64,000 nucleotides of DNA from the human T2T-CHM13v2.0 reference genome, Homo sapiens, in the NCBI RefSeq assembly GCF_009914755.1, contig NC_060941.1; one strand, given 5' to 3'. Of the stretch, positions 1 through 12,427 are shown one piece after another (within the stretch, counting starts at the first letter, position 1; every line of letters starts with the position of its first letter). Made by a program: the position numbers and the translations under genes. Below the pieces are notes generated by a model that made no database searches, had not been told where the DNA came from, and saw only the letters and a program-made list of their open reading frames with translations.

Positions 1-237
1 GATAAGCAATAACTATTTTAGAAGGAGGAGGAGGAGGACTAGTGTGGAGTATTCTGATACATAGTCCTTCTAGGGAGGGTGACTGACAACACATGTATAT
101 AACCCGGTAATTTTAGAATAGAGGTAGTTGATACCATGTGTAAGGTGAGGGTTTCCTCAGACATGTGCTTACAGGTGTGTTGCAAAACAATGTTATGTGC
201 ATCAGCTTATTTAATCTCACATAACACCTTTATACAG

Positions 238-290
238 GTGATGACTCAAAGGCTTAAAGATGCTCATGATGGATCTGAAGGAAGAATCTG
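238..290 (+). ncRNA. Candidate 53-nt non-coding internal exon
   Basis: Acceptor cacctttatacag|G at 237/238 and near-consensus donor CTG|GTAAGT at 290/291; no expression evidence available. Confidence 0.35.
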
Positions 291-584
291 GTAAGTGTTG
301 GGCAGAATCACTCATCCAGTTATACCTGGGCTCTTTGCATTCAACCTCAGTACCTGGAAACTGAACAGGAATGTCAGTAGCAGATTGCCTGATGACCATC
401 GAGGATTTATCTGGAGAAAAACCAGGAGCTTTAAGGTGATTTTCTTTAAGTATCAGCAGCACTGGCTTGTGAAGCAGCAATTTCACATATATGTTTAGTC
501 TCCAGAGATTGAAGATAAGGATCACATTACTGGAGATAAATTTTGAACAACACAAGAAAGGACATGGGGTATAAGCTACGCAAC

Positions 585-745
585 AGTGAAATGAGTGGCC
601 TTGGGGAGAAGTGAGTTTCCTATCACTGGAGGTAATCAAGCAGCACATCACCTATAGAGGTGATCCATGCTTCAAATGGAGGCAGGGAAGTATGGGTGGA
701 GGCTTCTGAGGTTCTTTTCAGTTCTAAGATCCAAAATTCTATGAG
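585..745 (+). mobile_element. L3/CR1 LINE 3' end remnant (or MIR3-type tail)
   Basis: gtgagtttcctatcactggaggtaatcaagcag...gaggttcttttcagttctaagat...ttctatga resembles the CR1/L3 3' terminus. Confidence 0.65.
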
Positions 746-1337
746 AGCTACAGGCAGGTCAGCACCAGCCACACAGGAGTTTCTGGAATGGATGGAGAGG
801 CCCTTCCAGCTGAGAGGGGTGCTGAATTTAAAGAGGCCCTCTGGAACCAAACACAGGTGTAGATTCCTCTGCTCTTCCCTTAGTGCCTCTGCTGGGAGAA
901 TGACGATGAAGTCCTCCAGGTATCCAGGCTTCTCCCTTGAGCATTAGTGAGAGTAGCTTGTTCTGAAAGGGGAGCCGGCTGGCCATTCTCACTGATGGAT
1001 CTCAGGAATGTCACCACCCTGGAGGCCAGGATAAACCAATGCATCCTGTCCTCTTGTCAACATTCTTTCCCTCCAACATGACACAGATTAAGAGCTTATT
1101 TTCCAACAGCCTTTGATGCATTTTTAAACATTTACCCTCAGGATTATTCCTCTTGTTCTCCCAACTTCTAGCCAGCTGATTAAAATTCTAGCTCAATTGA
1201 AATACTCTTTCAAAGTGGGCCATTCAGAATTAAGCAAAAAGCACTGAACTTACTAGAGGTCTAGCACTTTTGATTAATCTTTAATTAATACTTCACTTTA
1301 ATTTTCAATGCTACCTTTAAAACACAGAGCTGTGTTC

Positions 1338-1432
1338 AAACCACAAACTCATTATCTTATCATTTTGAAAGGCAGGACTGTCTGTCAGAGTATAAGAAAA
1401 GGGTACTGTGTAGTAGTCTTTTCCTGGAAGTC
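1338..1432. promoter_or_regulatory. Candidate enhancer motif cluster (RUNX, GATA x2, MEIS, STAT/ETS)
   Basis: AAACCACA, TTATCTTATC, CTGTCA and TTCCTGGAAGT within 95 bp of non-repeat DNA. Confidence 0.4.
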
Positions 1433-2283
1433 AGTTTTGTAAAATTTTCATTGATAGACAGTAGTTCTGAAATATGTATATATATATTAGAAAGCAACCA
1501 TCTTCCAAAAGATCTAAAGAATCAGCTGGGAGAAAATTATGGTAACACAGGGTAAAATAATATTGTGCTGTGTTGACATAAATTCATCTTTGTTATTTAT
1601 CCTGATGATTTTATCTTTTTATTGGTGTATCACATTGCTGAAAATATGGTTTATAATTTAATTTCCACTGCCAAGTACGGAGAAGCCACTGGAGGCACTG
1701 TAATGAGGAAAGAATAGTCATGGTACGACCATGGAAAAGGATGCGAAGATGATTTATGTAACTTTCTTTTCCTATTTACAGTTTATTAAGTCACTGTCTT
1801 TTTGCAATGGCCAAGTGAAAATTAAAGCACTTCAGAGAAGAACTTGGGGTTCAGCATCATTAGGGGAAGAGGAATGGATGCCTTGATGAACTTGACTATA
1901 GAAATCTATAGAGCACAACTTAATCAGCCTTCAAATTGATCTTGGATGCTCAAAAGCAGGTTTAAGACTGAACAAATCTTTAATGCATATCCTTTCCCTT
2001 TGAAAAGCAACATATGATGCATGCATGAGAATGATTTAGAGATTTTTCCCAGACTTCAATTCATAAAGTAACTGCATGTAGCACTTTTTGGGATTTCATG
2101 GGAAAACAGGAAAAGAATGGACACTCTTCATGGACCTGCCTCCTTCCTCAGATTCTCTGTTCATGCCCCTGAAAGACATCATCTGTACAATGGCAATTAC
2201 TTAGAAGAAAGGGAAGTCGCTTGTTGTCCAAATGATCATAATAAAATCGAGCCACTAATGTTCCACTTTCTCTTTAACTGCAG

Positions 2284-2394
2284 GTTCAGAGATGCCAGCA
2301 GACTCCATGCTCCTGGGCTGGCAAGGAGCTGTGAGGATCATGTAGCACATGATCTCCCTTCCCCATGAGGAGCAGAAGCTTCCACATGAGGCAG
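2284..2394 (+). ncRNA. Candidate 111-nt non-coding internal exon
   Basis: Strong acceptor ttccactttctctttaactgcag|G with upstream ctaat branch-like motif; donor CAG|GTGACA. Confidence 0.3.
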
Positions 2395-2404
2395 GTGACA
2401 AAGT

Positions 2405-2565
2405 AATAAGGCTTTAGTGTCACACAAATGTGACTTTGAACCCATACTTCTCCACTTACTGTGAGTCCTTGAGCACGTTGTTGAAATTAGTTGAGCTCCA
2501 GATTCCTCAACTGCTAAAAGGTGCCAATTAAACTTACTTTATATGGTTGTCGAGGGAATTAAAGA
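2405..2565 (+). mobile_element. MIR SINE
   Basis: ttgaaccc...cttactgtgagtccttgagcacgtt...ttcctcaactg...atggttgtcgagggaattaaa matches the MIR core. Confidence 0.7.
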
Positions 2566-3499
2566 TACTCATTAGTGGGGACTAGAGGTAATGGCAACCA
2601 TCCTAGTGTCATGCAAAAGCAGACTTTATTGGGCAAATTTATGGGCAGAGGATCAGTATGACAATTCTATTCGGTCCTCTGACAGACAACGGTTCCCAGG
2701 AGCTGAGTTGGCCAGATATAGTGTGAGGTTGTGCTCTGGGAATGGGACCAACCCTTCCCTGCTACTCTAGCTGTATATAGGAAGAATATGAGAGAATTCT
2801 CAAAAAAGCAGCAAAAGCAATCTGACCTTGTGCCCCGGCTGCTCAATGGTGTTGTAGATAAACATCTTGCAACTGGACATCAGCTTCTCAGGGAGGTATT
2901 TATTCCTAGACTGATGTCAGCCCCCATTTGCAGGTAGTCTAAGCCCCTCCCACTGGAAGAGTTAAGAGTTAACCACAGAGAGCGATACATGCTGGGTACA
3001 CAAGGTGGGGCAGATGCTTTCAGCAGCAGGCAGCAAGGTTGGCATTTTAGTAGAGGCTATGCCTTGGAGTATACGGTTGAGAAGAGAGACCACTTTCCCT
3101 TGACCCATATATTTTGTGAGTCAAGATTTACTTTGTGGCACTTCAGCGGTGGAACTGTGGCCTGCTGACAACACAGCTGTACTTCTTAAACATCCCAGCT
3201 ATCTATGGCTTGCCACTGCCATTCAGCAATCAGGCTTTCCTCCTCTGCTACATGGTGAGTTCAGTATAGGCACTGAAAGCAAACTAGCAGAAGGCAAAAT
3301 GAAATTAGGTTTCTAAGAAAGGCGTTGTTATCTTTCGATTCAACAAAATAAACATTCACATTGTACCTCCTTGGTGCCAAGAAATGGAGCAATGGGAGGG
3401 GGTTTAATACCAGCAACAATAATTCCTAACAGTTATTGAGTTTGTCTGCCTCCAGGCAGTGCTCTAAGTACTTTATGTGTTTTATAAAAAAATAACATA

Positions 3500-3720
3500 T
3501 AACACCTGCCTTTGATTTAAGTGGGAAGTCAGCTACTTAACCAACCTAATAGGCAGTGCTAGTGCTCAGTGCCATAAGAGTGTAATAGACAAAATGCTAC
3601 TGCAGCAGAGAAGGGTTGCAAGGAAGGTCAGAGAAGATGACATTTGAGCTAGAAGGGTAAGAATTAGCCACATAGAAGAGGAATGGAAGGAAGAACATGA
3701 ATAAAGGCATGAGATGGAAT
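3500..3720 (-). mobile_element. L2 fragment
   Basis: gtcagagaagatgacatttgagct...gaacatgaataaaggcatgag is typical antisense L2 3' region. Confidence 0.55.
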
Positions 3721-4824
3721 AAAGCCATGATAATGGTGTTGATGATGATGGTGATTAAGACCCAAGGGCAAGGAGAGGAAAGAGAAGGAGGAACAGAAAA
3801 AAAAATTAAATAGGATGTAACAGATTTATACTCTCAGCCATCATCAATATACCTGTCAGTGCAGGTTTATGTTTCCATACACACTTTTCATTCATGGACT
3901 GGGAAGGGACTGAGAAGCAAACACAAATAGGACTACAACAGTCTTTGTTGACTTGGCCAAAAAGCAAGGCATCCTGTCTATAGGCTAAAGGTTGGTTCTC
4001 CATTTCTCACTGCCATTTTAGGTAAACACACTCTTAAGAAAAACTGTCATTACTCCTCTTGTGATCTTTCTTCCAAAGACCCCATGAATCCTTTGTAAAT
4101 TTGGTGAGGTGCTCTATGTAAAAGCACTTTGAGAAAGGTAGCAGGACCCAACGTGGAGGCAAAGGCAGTCTGGTAAAGAAGTCAGGTTTCTCCTTTGCAG
4201 TGAGCTCACAGGATGGAGGCAGCCATGGCCAAGCTGTCTAAGGGCAGAGGTACCACAGCACAGGCACGGGGCACTTGGGTAACCCAGGTCTTTCCCCCAC
4301 TCGCCTGTGGGGAGCCCCCACCCTTCCCCACCAGGTAGTAAAGGCTCTGAGAGAAGAAAAAGACATGGGTTCATGCATTCGCAAATGCTTAACATTTGTG
4401 AAGTGCCGAGGCCAAGTGATTTGGACACCTTTGTTAAGGATCTCTCAGTGTATGAGGAAAAGAGACTTGTAAAAAAATAACCGCATATAACATGTTGAAT
4501 GTTATAAAACTGTGATGGCACAAAGGAGGGAGGCAATTGATGGGGAGGGGTTTGATAGGGAGGGTGTGGGTACAGCAAATACTCCCCAAAGAGGAATATA
4601 CTTGAGTATAAGAGAGAGAAAGGAGCTTGTTATGCGTTTTAATTCTTAGTGTATATACTTACCTCCTTCCATTGGAAGGTTTTACTTGGCAGGGCATAAG
4701 GAGTAATGAAGGAGGGAAAGGGGGTGTAAGGCTGGGGAGAAAGAAGGATGTGGGAGTGAAATATTGTATGAGCATTTATAATGCCATAAGAAACAATATG
4801 TATACATTGATTTGAGTTCAGACA

Positions 4825-4858
<34 letters not shown>

Positions 4859-4877
4859 ATGCACACACATACACACA
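4825..4877. repeat. (AC)n microsatellite, imperfect 3' half
   Basis: Direct reading of sequence. Confidence 0.95.
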
Positions 4878-6539
4878 ACTTGGGAAGGTCAGTGAAAAGA
4901 TTGAGGTTAGTGCTATGTAAGCTCCAAGCCTTCAGGAAGATCCTCCAAGGAAGAGATCCTGAAGGCAAAACCGAGTTAGCGGGCCTTTGCACAGCTTTCC
5001 TTTGCAAGTCCGGTGTCCAGAAAATATGAACCTCCTCTTTTAGCATTATCCTGGTACCTGTTATAAAAGTAGGACCTTCTTCTACCAATTACAGTGGGGA
5101 TGACGTGAGGGCTGACATTTCTGAAGGTCTACCTTTTGGCAAATTAGATGGATGGATTAAGTACATAAAATTTCATGTGATTCTCATGACCACATTACGA
5201 TATTGGGTATGAAAGGCTAGACCCATTTCACTGATGTCTGGAAATTATGGCTTAGAGTTACGAAATAATTATCTGAAATGACATTGGTGGTACAAGTCAG
5301 GATTGGAAACCAGGCCTCCTTTATTCCAAAGCATTTGTCTTTCCCACTATGCAATGTTTCCCTGAAAGCATTAGCTGGAACCACTGCTTCATCAGAGAGT
5401 GCCTTTTGTTTGTGCATGATCAAATGTGAAAATGTAAAATATTTTATGTATGCCAAGTATACCTATATGAGGGATTATTATAGTTATTTGTCATTATTTC
5501 AGTGCTACTGAAAGCTTTCCATTATTTTTAACTTTTAAATTTTATTTTTGAGTCAGGTCCATGGGAGGCTAGATATTTGGAGTTTCAAATCAGTTAATTA
5601 CCTAATAAAAATGCAATATAACATCTGCTCTTCAAGTTAACATTTCTCCTGGTCAAGGGCAAATTTGGATGATGAAAGCATTTGTACATTCTCAGACTCT
5701 GAAATCCTTACAGTGATATTTATCACCACTGATTTAAAAATTGGAGGGCAAGTGTCTTGAAGCCTTTTATCTTTCCAACGTGTAATTAATTACCTTGTTT
5801 AAAACTCTTATGAAGTAGGTGGTGCAGGTATTATGATCCTCATCTTACATTCTTCCACTAATTCATTCATTTTACAAATATACATTAACAGATTTAAAAA
5901 ATCTAAGCCCCAGGGAGATAGCTGATTTACCTCTAAGTCAACAGAAGAAGCAAATGACAGACTGAAATCAAGATTCCTGGCTCTGCGTTCTGAATTTAGG
6001 GCATTTCTACTAAACCATCTTGCCTGAGTCTCAGCATTAACCTATGTCTTTTGTATATCTATCCTTGATATCTTAATGTTCTGGCATATTTCATATTTCT
6101 ATTGTAGAAAAGATCCTGATGGAACCAGTAGCTTCTAAATCAACACACATTTGCCTCCAACCCCCCACCTCCATGAAAATGTGGTTCTTAGGACTGCTGT
6201 AGCTTCAGCAATCCTGAGAAATAAATGTATGAAGTGGCTTGTGCACTAACTCAACTACAGGGGATGGGACTGCTTTAATTGCCATGAGGCGCTGAATGCA
6301 GTTAACACTCAGAGGAAAAGAGCCTTGTTTCTTGGTTTCTTTGAAGACTGACAATTATTTTATGGAACGACTTCATGCATTATCAAAACTTCCATAGAAA
6401 TTCAATGAGACACTGCATAGTAAAGCAAGAGCCCTTCCCCTTTACATAGCAAATATCTCTATATACATACCCTGTACTTCTCAAACACAAAGAAGATCGT
6501 TGGAAAACACACAGTTATGCTCAAGGGAGCCTGCAGATT

Positions 6540-6830
6540 AGTTCTCCAGCACCTTCCATGACCCTGCTCCTGCCCTTCTCATCTCCACTTCTCCTATCAA
6601 AGATTGAATCACTCCTACTCATCTACCATCATTGTGCCCTTTATAGACTCTATGAATAATAAAGCTATTTTGTTTTCATTTTTTATTTTCTTTCCTACAA
6701 AATCGTGTGCTTACCACCAAAGTCAGAGATTGATTTTGTTTTATTTTCATTTGTAGTCTTGATGTCTAACACAGTACCTAGCACAAGGCAGGCACTACAC
6801 AAAATGTTTGCTGGAAGAGACACAAATGCA
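6540..6830 (+). mobile_element. L2 3' fragment
   Basis: tctaacacagtacctagcacaaggcaggcact...aaatgtttgctgga L2 terminus-like. Confidence 0.6.
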
Positions 6831-6957
6831 TAAAATCATGGTTTCCATCCTTAGTCAATTGCATGTTCATTGTTAAGCAAAAGAAGCAACAGGCTTTGAA
6901 CATATCCAGTGCTTCCCTACCATGTGCAGAATGTTGTGATTAAGAAGGCACTACCTT

Positions 6958-7325
<368 letters not shown>

Positions 7326-7609
7326 TCATTGATTGATTCCTCAGATATTAGGTAAGTACTCATTCTGCTCCAGGTATGAACTGATAACTAGACATATAAA
7401 GTAATGACAGGGGACCCTGGAGGGGCTTATAGCTTGGTAGAGAGATTGGCCTATAATCGACTAACTAAAATAAACCAAAATCCTAAATGGAAAGAAGTCT
7501 GAAATATAAAATTAGAAAACTTTGGAAGAGATGCAAATATAGCTCTGGCAGAGGAATCCACATGAAAATCAATTCCAGGAATCAGCAACACACTGCTAGT
7601 CAATGAGCA

Positions 7610-8050
7610 ATGGGTCTCTAACATTTAGATAAAGTGTTACTCGGTGTCAGACATTGTTGCAAGTTTCTTCCTTCTATTGTATCATTTATTCCTTACACTT
7701 ACGCTAGAAAGTAAATACTCAACTCCTTTTACAGATAAAAACTCGGGCTCATGTGCATAAAGTAAATAGAGTATAGTGTTTAAGTATACCTGTTTTGGAG
7801 TCTAGCATAACTAGATTTGAATATTGGGTCCATAACTTAACTGTGTGACCTTGAACTAATCATGTTACGCCTCAGGATTTTCACCTGGGAAAGTGGATAA
7901 TGATAGTGCCCACCTCACTGGTGAGGCAGGTGAAGTATTTAATACGGACCCCACTAAGTGCTATTTCTTTAGTTTGAGAGCACACTGCTAGCAAGGATCA
8001 AGATAGGGTTTCACACTCAGGCTTTACCACAGAGCTCATGCTGTTTTTAC
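7610..8050. mobile_element. Sense MIR (about 7765-7960) flanked by pieces of an antisense MIR
   Basis: agtatagtgtttaag...ctgtgtgaccttgaac...gcctcagg sense core between cttttacagataaaaact and ctagcaag...gggtttcacactcagg antisense halves. Confidence 0.6.
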
Positions 8051-8222
8051 TGAGTTTGTTGCCTTTCTGGGCAAACTGGATAATTGACATGCATTCATTA
8101 GATATCTGATGTGGACAAAAAGGCAGAATGCAGTACTTCTGATTGCATTATATTAGGGCATTTCTGTCCCAACAATAGATTTTTGTAATGTACTTGAACT
8201 CTGAACTCAATCCCAACCTTTA

Positions 8223-8224
<2 letters not shown>

Positions 8225-8256
<32 letters not shown>
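8225..8256. repeat. (AC)16 microsatellite
   Basis: Direct reading of sequence. Confidence 0.97.
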
Positions 8257-8258
<2 letters not shown>

Positions 8259-9160
8259 ACTATAGTTTCTTATATCTATAATAACACAGAGTTGGTAGGT
8301 GATAGATAGAGGGAGGGAGAAATTAAGACTCTTTCCTGTGTTTTTGACTCTGGAGAGTAGGTCTTAGCTTGAGGATGGGAAGGATGATGATTTCAGTTTT
8401 GAATATATTGAGTCTGAGATTCCCATGGATCATACAAGTACAGAGGAAAGTACAAATGGAGAAGCTATCATCTCTAGGAAACTGACTATGAGCGGAAGGC
8501 CAAGAAGTTTTGAGTATGAAAATACGATATCAAAACCACAGTGAAAAAAAGTGTGGCTGTGGCTACAGATATCTTAAACAAAACAGACCAGCATTGAAAC
8601 CAAAGCAGTAACAGAGGCAGACTTCAGGGAGAACAAACTCACAGTTTATCATTTAAGAAACAGAAAGCAAACCAGAGCTGAGTCCCTTTCATGAGACCCA
8701 TGTGCTTGCTCAGAAGCAGAGCTGAAGTAATATTCTGGAAGGCTAAGTGATGGGAGTAGGGAGAGATGGTAACGGCCTTCAGTTTTATCAACCAGGTAAT
8801 CAGGATCCTGCTTTCCTGGAGAGAACCAGTTTCTTATATGCCAAGTCCCTTTTGTTTACCCATAAGAAAGACTAGCTCTTTTGGTTCCTTCCATTCCCTT
8901 TCCTACAGCAGTATGTCCAGACCTCACCCTCCCACACCACCCTTAAGCCTTCATTCATAGTTGCCATCTTCAGTCCGCATGTCATTCACAGTTGCCATCT
9001 TATGTGACTGTGTGTAGATACATACTGATAGTTAATTTTCATAGTCCCCTTTCCTGGTTTCATGGCCTCCACACACAGCTATGACACTAGTATTGTCTCT
9101 AACTCTGGCAGCATCTTCCCCAGTAAACCAGTGTGCAAAAGAGTGCATCTTCTTTGCTAG

Positions 9161-9234
9161 TGACATTTTACTGACTGGTGCTCATGGCAGTGTTTCTGGT
9201 GCACATCTGGCTCCTCCACAGGGGAATTTCCAAG
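9161..9234 (+). ncRNA. Candidate non-coding exon with consensus donor
   Basis: Donor AAG|GTAAGT at 9234/9235; possible acceptors at 9123, 9160 and 9221. Confidence 0.25.
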
Positions 9235-11699
9235 GTAAGTGTGGGAAGACAAACCTGCAAATAAACTCCAATAAATAGGATAAATAGCAGGATGTATGTA
9301 CAAGGTTTCAAGAGAAATTGGACTAGAGTTCATTTCACTTCAAAGAAACCTTGGTTAGTCTTCAAAATCACCAAGTAAACATGGGCAGAAACTCCCTCCA
9401 AGCAAAGCACACAGTATGGGTTGATTTATTATTTTGGCTACTTTTTCAAACCGCTTTGGCAAAAAGAGCAGAAAACCTGGACTTAACCAGCTTAAATTTA
9501 TGATTTATTGTCTCCCAGAGCAAGGTGTCCACAGGTCAGGAAAGCTCCAGGGAGGGTATATTAGGACCCTGACTCCACTTCACTGTGACCCTGTCTTCCT
9601 TTCCAAGTTTTGCTTCATCAGCAGTTCCATGCATCATATCCAGGCATGCCAATGACAAGAGGAAGAGAAGGGGCTGTCTTTTCCTTCTGCCTCTTTTTAA
9701 GACCAAGGAACTATTTCCCATAAATGCTCTGACACTTTCTCATTTCACTGGTCTGAACAAGGTCTGTGTGCATAGCTCTAAACCCAGTCACTTATAAGCA
9801 GTATGGGATTCCTGTGATAGTCTGAGACTATTTGGAATTTGTCCCCCAAGAGGGATAGGGTCATGTTTTCTGAGAGGGCCTACCTGAACAAAGTCAGTAC
9901 TTCATCAATGAAGAAGAGAAGGTCAGATTTTAAGTATATAGCCAACAGGGTCAGCTACAGTTACTATCTACATATAACACTTATTTTTTTTAAAGAGAAA
10001 AAACAAAAACAATCACAAAGGATGCTGTTAGAATAGGATCAGGCTCAAGAAGATACACTGATTCTGGGACAAGGAACTCTGCTTATGGATGGCGTGACAC
10101 AATTATAGAGAAAATCTGAAGATCTAAAGAACTGGCTGCCTGTGAGCAACAGCTGCAGAAATGTAAAAATATATCCTGTTTATCCATTAAACACTACCGA
10201 GATTGAGTTGAGCACTGCACCATGTCAGATAACTCTGTGTTCACTATCAGAATGTGTGCAGTTTTAGAGTGAGCAGTCATTATATGTTACATCATGCGCA
10301 GTTTTGAAAAGTCACGGTCACTAGGTTTACTTGTTGGAAACATATCCTTGTAAAAGATAAGGCATCGTTGGCATGAAACTCTCTTTCACATATACACTTA
10401 CACAGAGAAATATGTATAACTGATCATTTATTTTTCTTTCATATTAAACCTTTTTTTTTTGCTTTTAGTAAGAGTCATATCAATGAAAATGGCAACATTT
10501 AGTCTGAGAAAGTTAACAGTATATGGTATGGAACAACACAACCTGACCCCATATCTTCAGCTGGCTTTCAGTTTTCATAAATGAACTTCTGAGAGACAAC
10601 TAAAAATTCATTTCTGGTGCAGAAAAATGTGCAGAATGGGAACTATGCAGAATGGGTTAATTCCAGAAGTTGAACAAGGGGAATGCACATATGCAGGCTT
10701 ATTAAGTTATGTGCAAATGATAAGTACAGTGACCATCTCCATTGCTAAAAATTCATTGTGAATGTGTTGAAGTTGGGATTGATGGAGATACTGAAGTGAT
10801 AGCCAAAATTCACCCAGAAACAAGCTAAAGTGAAGGTTAAAGAAAAACAGCTGCAGAAGAAACAAACTGTGGAGACATCTCCAGCAGTGGAAGCAATCTG
10901 TTTTTGAAGACAGCGAGGAACTCCAGGCATCTAGCACATTCTGAATGGGTAAAGTCGGACTGGAGTGGGTTGCTGTGGGAAGGAGCCATTCTCTAAAGAA
11001 AGGTAGACAGCTTCTCACGGCTGGGCCTCTAATGTTAGGCTCAGAAAACTTACTAAGTTGACAACTCTCTAATTACACAGCCTTTGAATAAACCGTGACA
11101 TTTATAAGAAAAGACATCCTGTCATTTATTTTTGTTACACTGGTTTTTGCCTTGCACACTGGTTTAAGACTTCATGGGACTTTTGAAGAACAAATTTTAG
11201 ACCTCTGCTACAGGGCAGGTTAAAATGGAATCATCCAGTTGCTGGTTGATTTTTTTTCCCCCACGTGAAGTCTCCCTTGGAATCAAGGTACCAGATCTTC
11301 TCTTGGTTATCTGAAATGATGTGTGCTCATCTTCAGTGAAGAAGTTCATGACTCAAATAGATCCTAGTAATAGTGTCTAATTATATATGCCAACCTTTCC
11401 CTACAGCAATATACTTCCCTTCAAAGTAATTCTAATATTATTACTTTTTTTGGTATTGCATTAAAGAAGATAGAAAGATTTTAATGCTATCTTTAGGAGG
11501 ATAGAAGCGTAGCTGTAGAAAGAAGAGAAAAATTCAGGGAGTTCTTATTACCTGGTTTTCATGATTAGAGTCTCCACAGTTGCAAAGTTTTACAGAAAAG
11601 TAAATTCACAATAGCATGAAAATAGTCATCACTGAATTGACCCCTTAAAAAATCAGTCCCCATTCAAAATCAGTCTCGACTTACCACTGGAATCTTAGT

Positions 11700-12335
11700 C
11701 AACATCATAACTGATCTCTCACCAATTTTTATAAAATAGTCTTATAAAAATGCTCTGTAAATTGATTATAAGGTAAATTTTTAAATTTCCCCCAGAAATG
11801 GGAGATTCATGAAGTTTAAAAAAGTGATGTTGAAGAACTGCTGGAATCACACGCAGAATTATTGATATGATGATGTGACAGAAACATTACTAGATCTTAT
11901 TTGAAGAAGAGGAAATTTTTAAGGATAATGATAGTTTAGGCTTCCAGAAGAGAATGCCATGAATCCCAATAGAATTAGGGAATATTGATAAAATACTTGA
12001 AATTTGTAAAATAACCCTTTTTGTGATGTTGAGAAAGTCAAAATTAAGTAAAGAATATGTTGTGAAATCATGTAATTTTTATTAGAAAAATTGTAACAAA
12101 AGTTGAAACATGACAATTTATCCTTCAAGAATTAGTGAATAGTTATATTTATTACCTGAAATATTTTTCAAATTTAAGTAAAATATACTAATTTTTAAAT
12201 AAATTTTCAATGTAAAATCCAAGTCAAAATATTTTCACTCATCTTTAAATGAATTTTGGTTTTCATTTTAAGATAACTCACTTAAAATAGCGTTTTCTAG
12301 GTATCCATTGTCATTAAATAACATGGAATGTCTGT
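11700..12335 (+). mobile_element. Tigger/pogo-like DNA transposon remnant (transposase C-terminus and right end)
   Basis: 11823-11864 translates to SDVEELLESHAELL, like the Tigger/TIGD C-terminal D[VI]xELL[DE]SH motif; element ends ...gtctg followed by TA. Confidence 0.6.
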
Positions 12336-12427
12336 AAATATTCTTATCTCTTTTCACTGAGCCATACAACCTCACATGAGACTAGAAAGTCCCAGCATAA
12401 CAGGTTTCTGGAATGGAAGTGTAACAC

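Noticed and set aside
217-947. Longest ORFs near the start (144 aa minus, 95 aa plus)
   Set aside because: No recognisable domain; they overlap an L3 relic; lengths are expected by chance
4114-5088. 154-aa and 149-aa minus-strand ORFs
   Set aside because: Non-ATG starts or low complexity; CVCV runs come from the (AC)n repeat
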